64,000 bases of DNA, taken from assembly GCF_964204645.1 (NCBI RefSeq), contig NC_134030.1, forward strand, positions 18,126,210 to 18,190,209, read 5' to 3'. Each line of letters begins with the position of its first letter. Position 1 is the first letter of the stretch. The translations under genes were made by a program, and so were the position numbers. The stretch is from Tubulanus polymorphus. Taxonomy: Eukaryota > Animalia > Nemertea. A model generated the notes under the pieces. It was given only the letters and a program-made list of their open reading frames with translations. It was not told where the DNA came from and made no database searches. Shown here one piece after another: positions 63,581 to 64,000 of the stretch.

Positions 63581-64000
63581 ACCACCATCTAAAATGCCCC
63601 AGGCCCTAAATCCAGTAGGTTTATGGCGAAAGGTTAAGATTAGGAATGTATTAGCAATATAATTTTTTGAAACAGTATTTTGTCTCCCGATGATTTGATT
63701 TGCAGGTCAGACTTATTGTTGACCAAAGTTCTTAAAGTGAATTGCTTTAAAGTAATAAATATCAATGAAACTATATCATAAATTCTGAAGTGAGTTATTT
63801 TGTAATAATCCAATTTAAGTGCACTCCGATGCATGCTAAATTCTTATAAATTCATTTATAAATTTAATTTATACATTTTCCCTCCTCACGTATTCATTCT
63901 ATATTAGTTTTACTAATGAACATAACAGTGGCTTCTGCCTAATGTCAATAAGCAGCGATTGGGTGCCGCCTCTCTGTGTTAATCTATCACGAAAGATTTA

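Overview
AT-rich, repeat-dense DNA from an animal (invertebrate-like) genome, with spliceosomal introns and no prokaryotic features. Almost the whole window is transposon-derived. Main contents in order: a 69-bp tandem array of minimal hammerhead ribozymes (1.7-2.0 kb); a MITE; a non-autonomous MULE with a 9-bp TSD (3679-6055); a tRNA-like structured segment (9.4-9.6 kb); a spliced PIF/Harbinger transposase pseudogene (10.2-11.7 kb); and an EnSpm/CACTA-like deletion derivative (12658-18112). The centre is a ~21-kb head-to-tail dimer of a Helentron-type non-autonomous (HINE-like) element (21187-42301). It carries a LINE RT fragment, MITEs and a 31-bp hairpin satellite expanded to ~14 kb in one copy. 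To the right are Penelope-like RT/GIY-YIG fragments (one split by an inversion, one followed by a decayed hammerhead), a NACHT-LRR (NLR) pseudogene (46.7-49.4 kb), a probable signal-peptide first exon (55565-55661) and a near-intact CR1/L2-group LINE whose ORF1 combines RRM-like, CCHC and SGNH esterase domains (57.1-61.9 kb). The many minus-strand ORFs at 21.5-41 kb are artefacts of the satellite. All calls are by eye; no database search was run.
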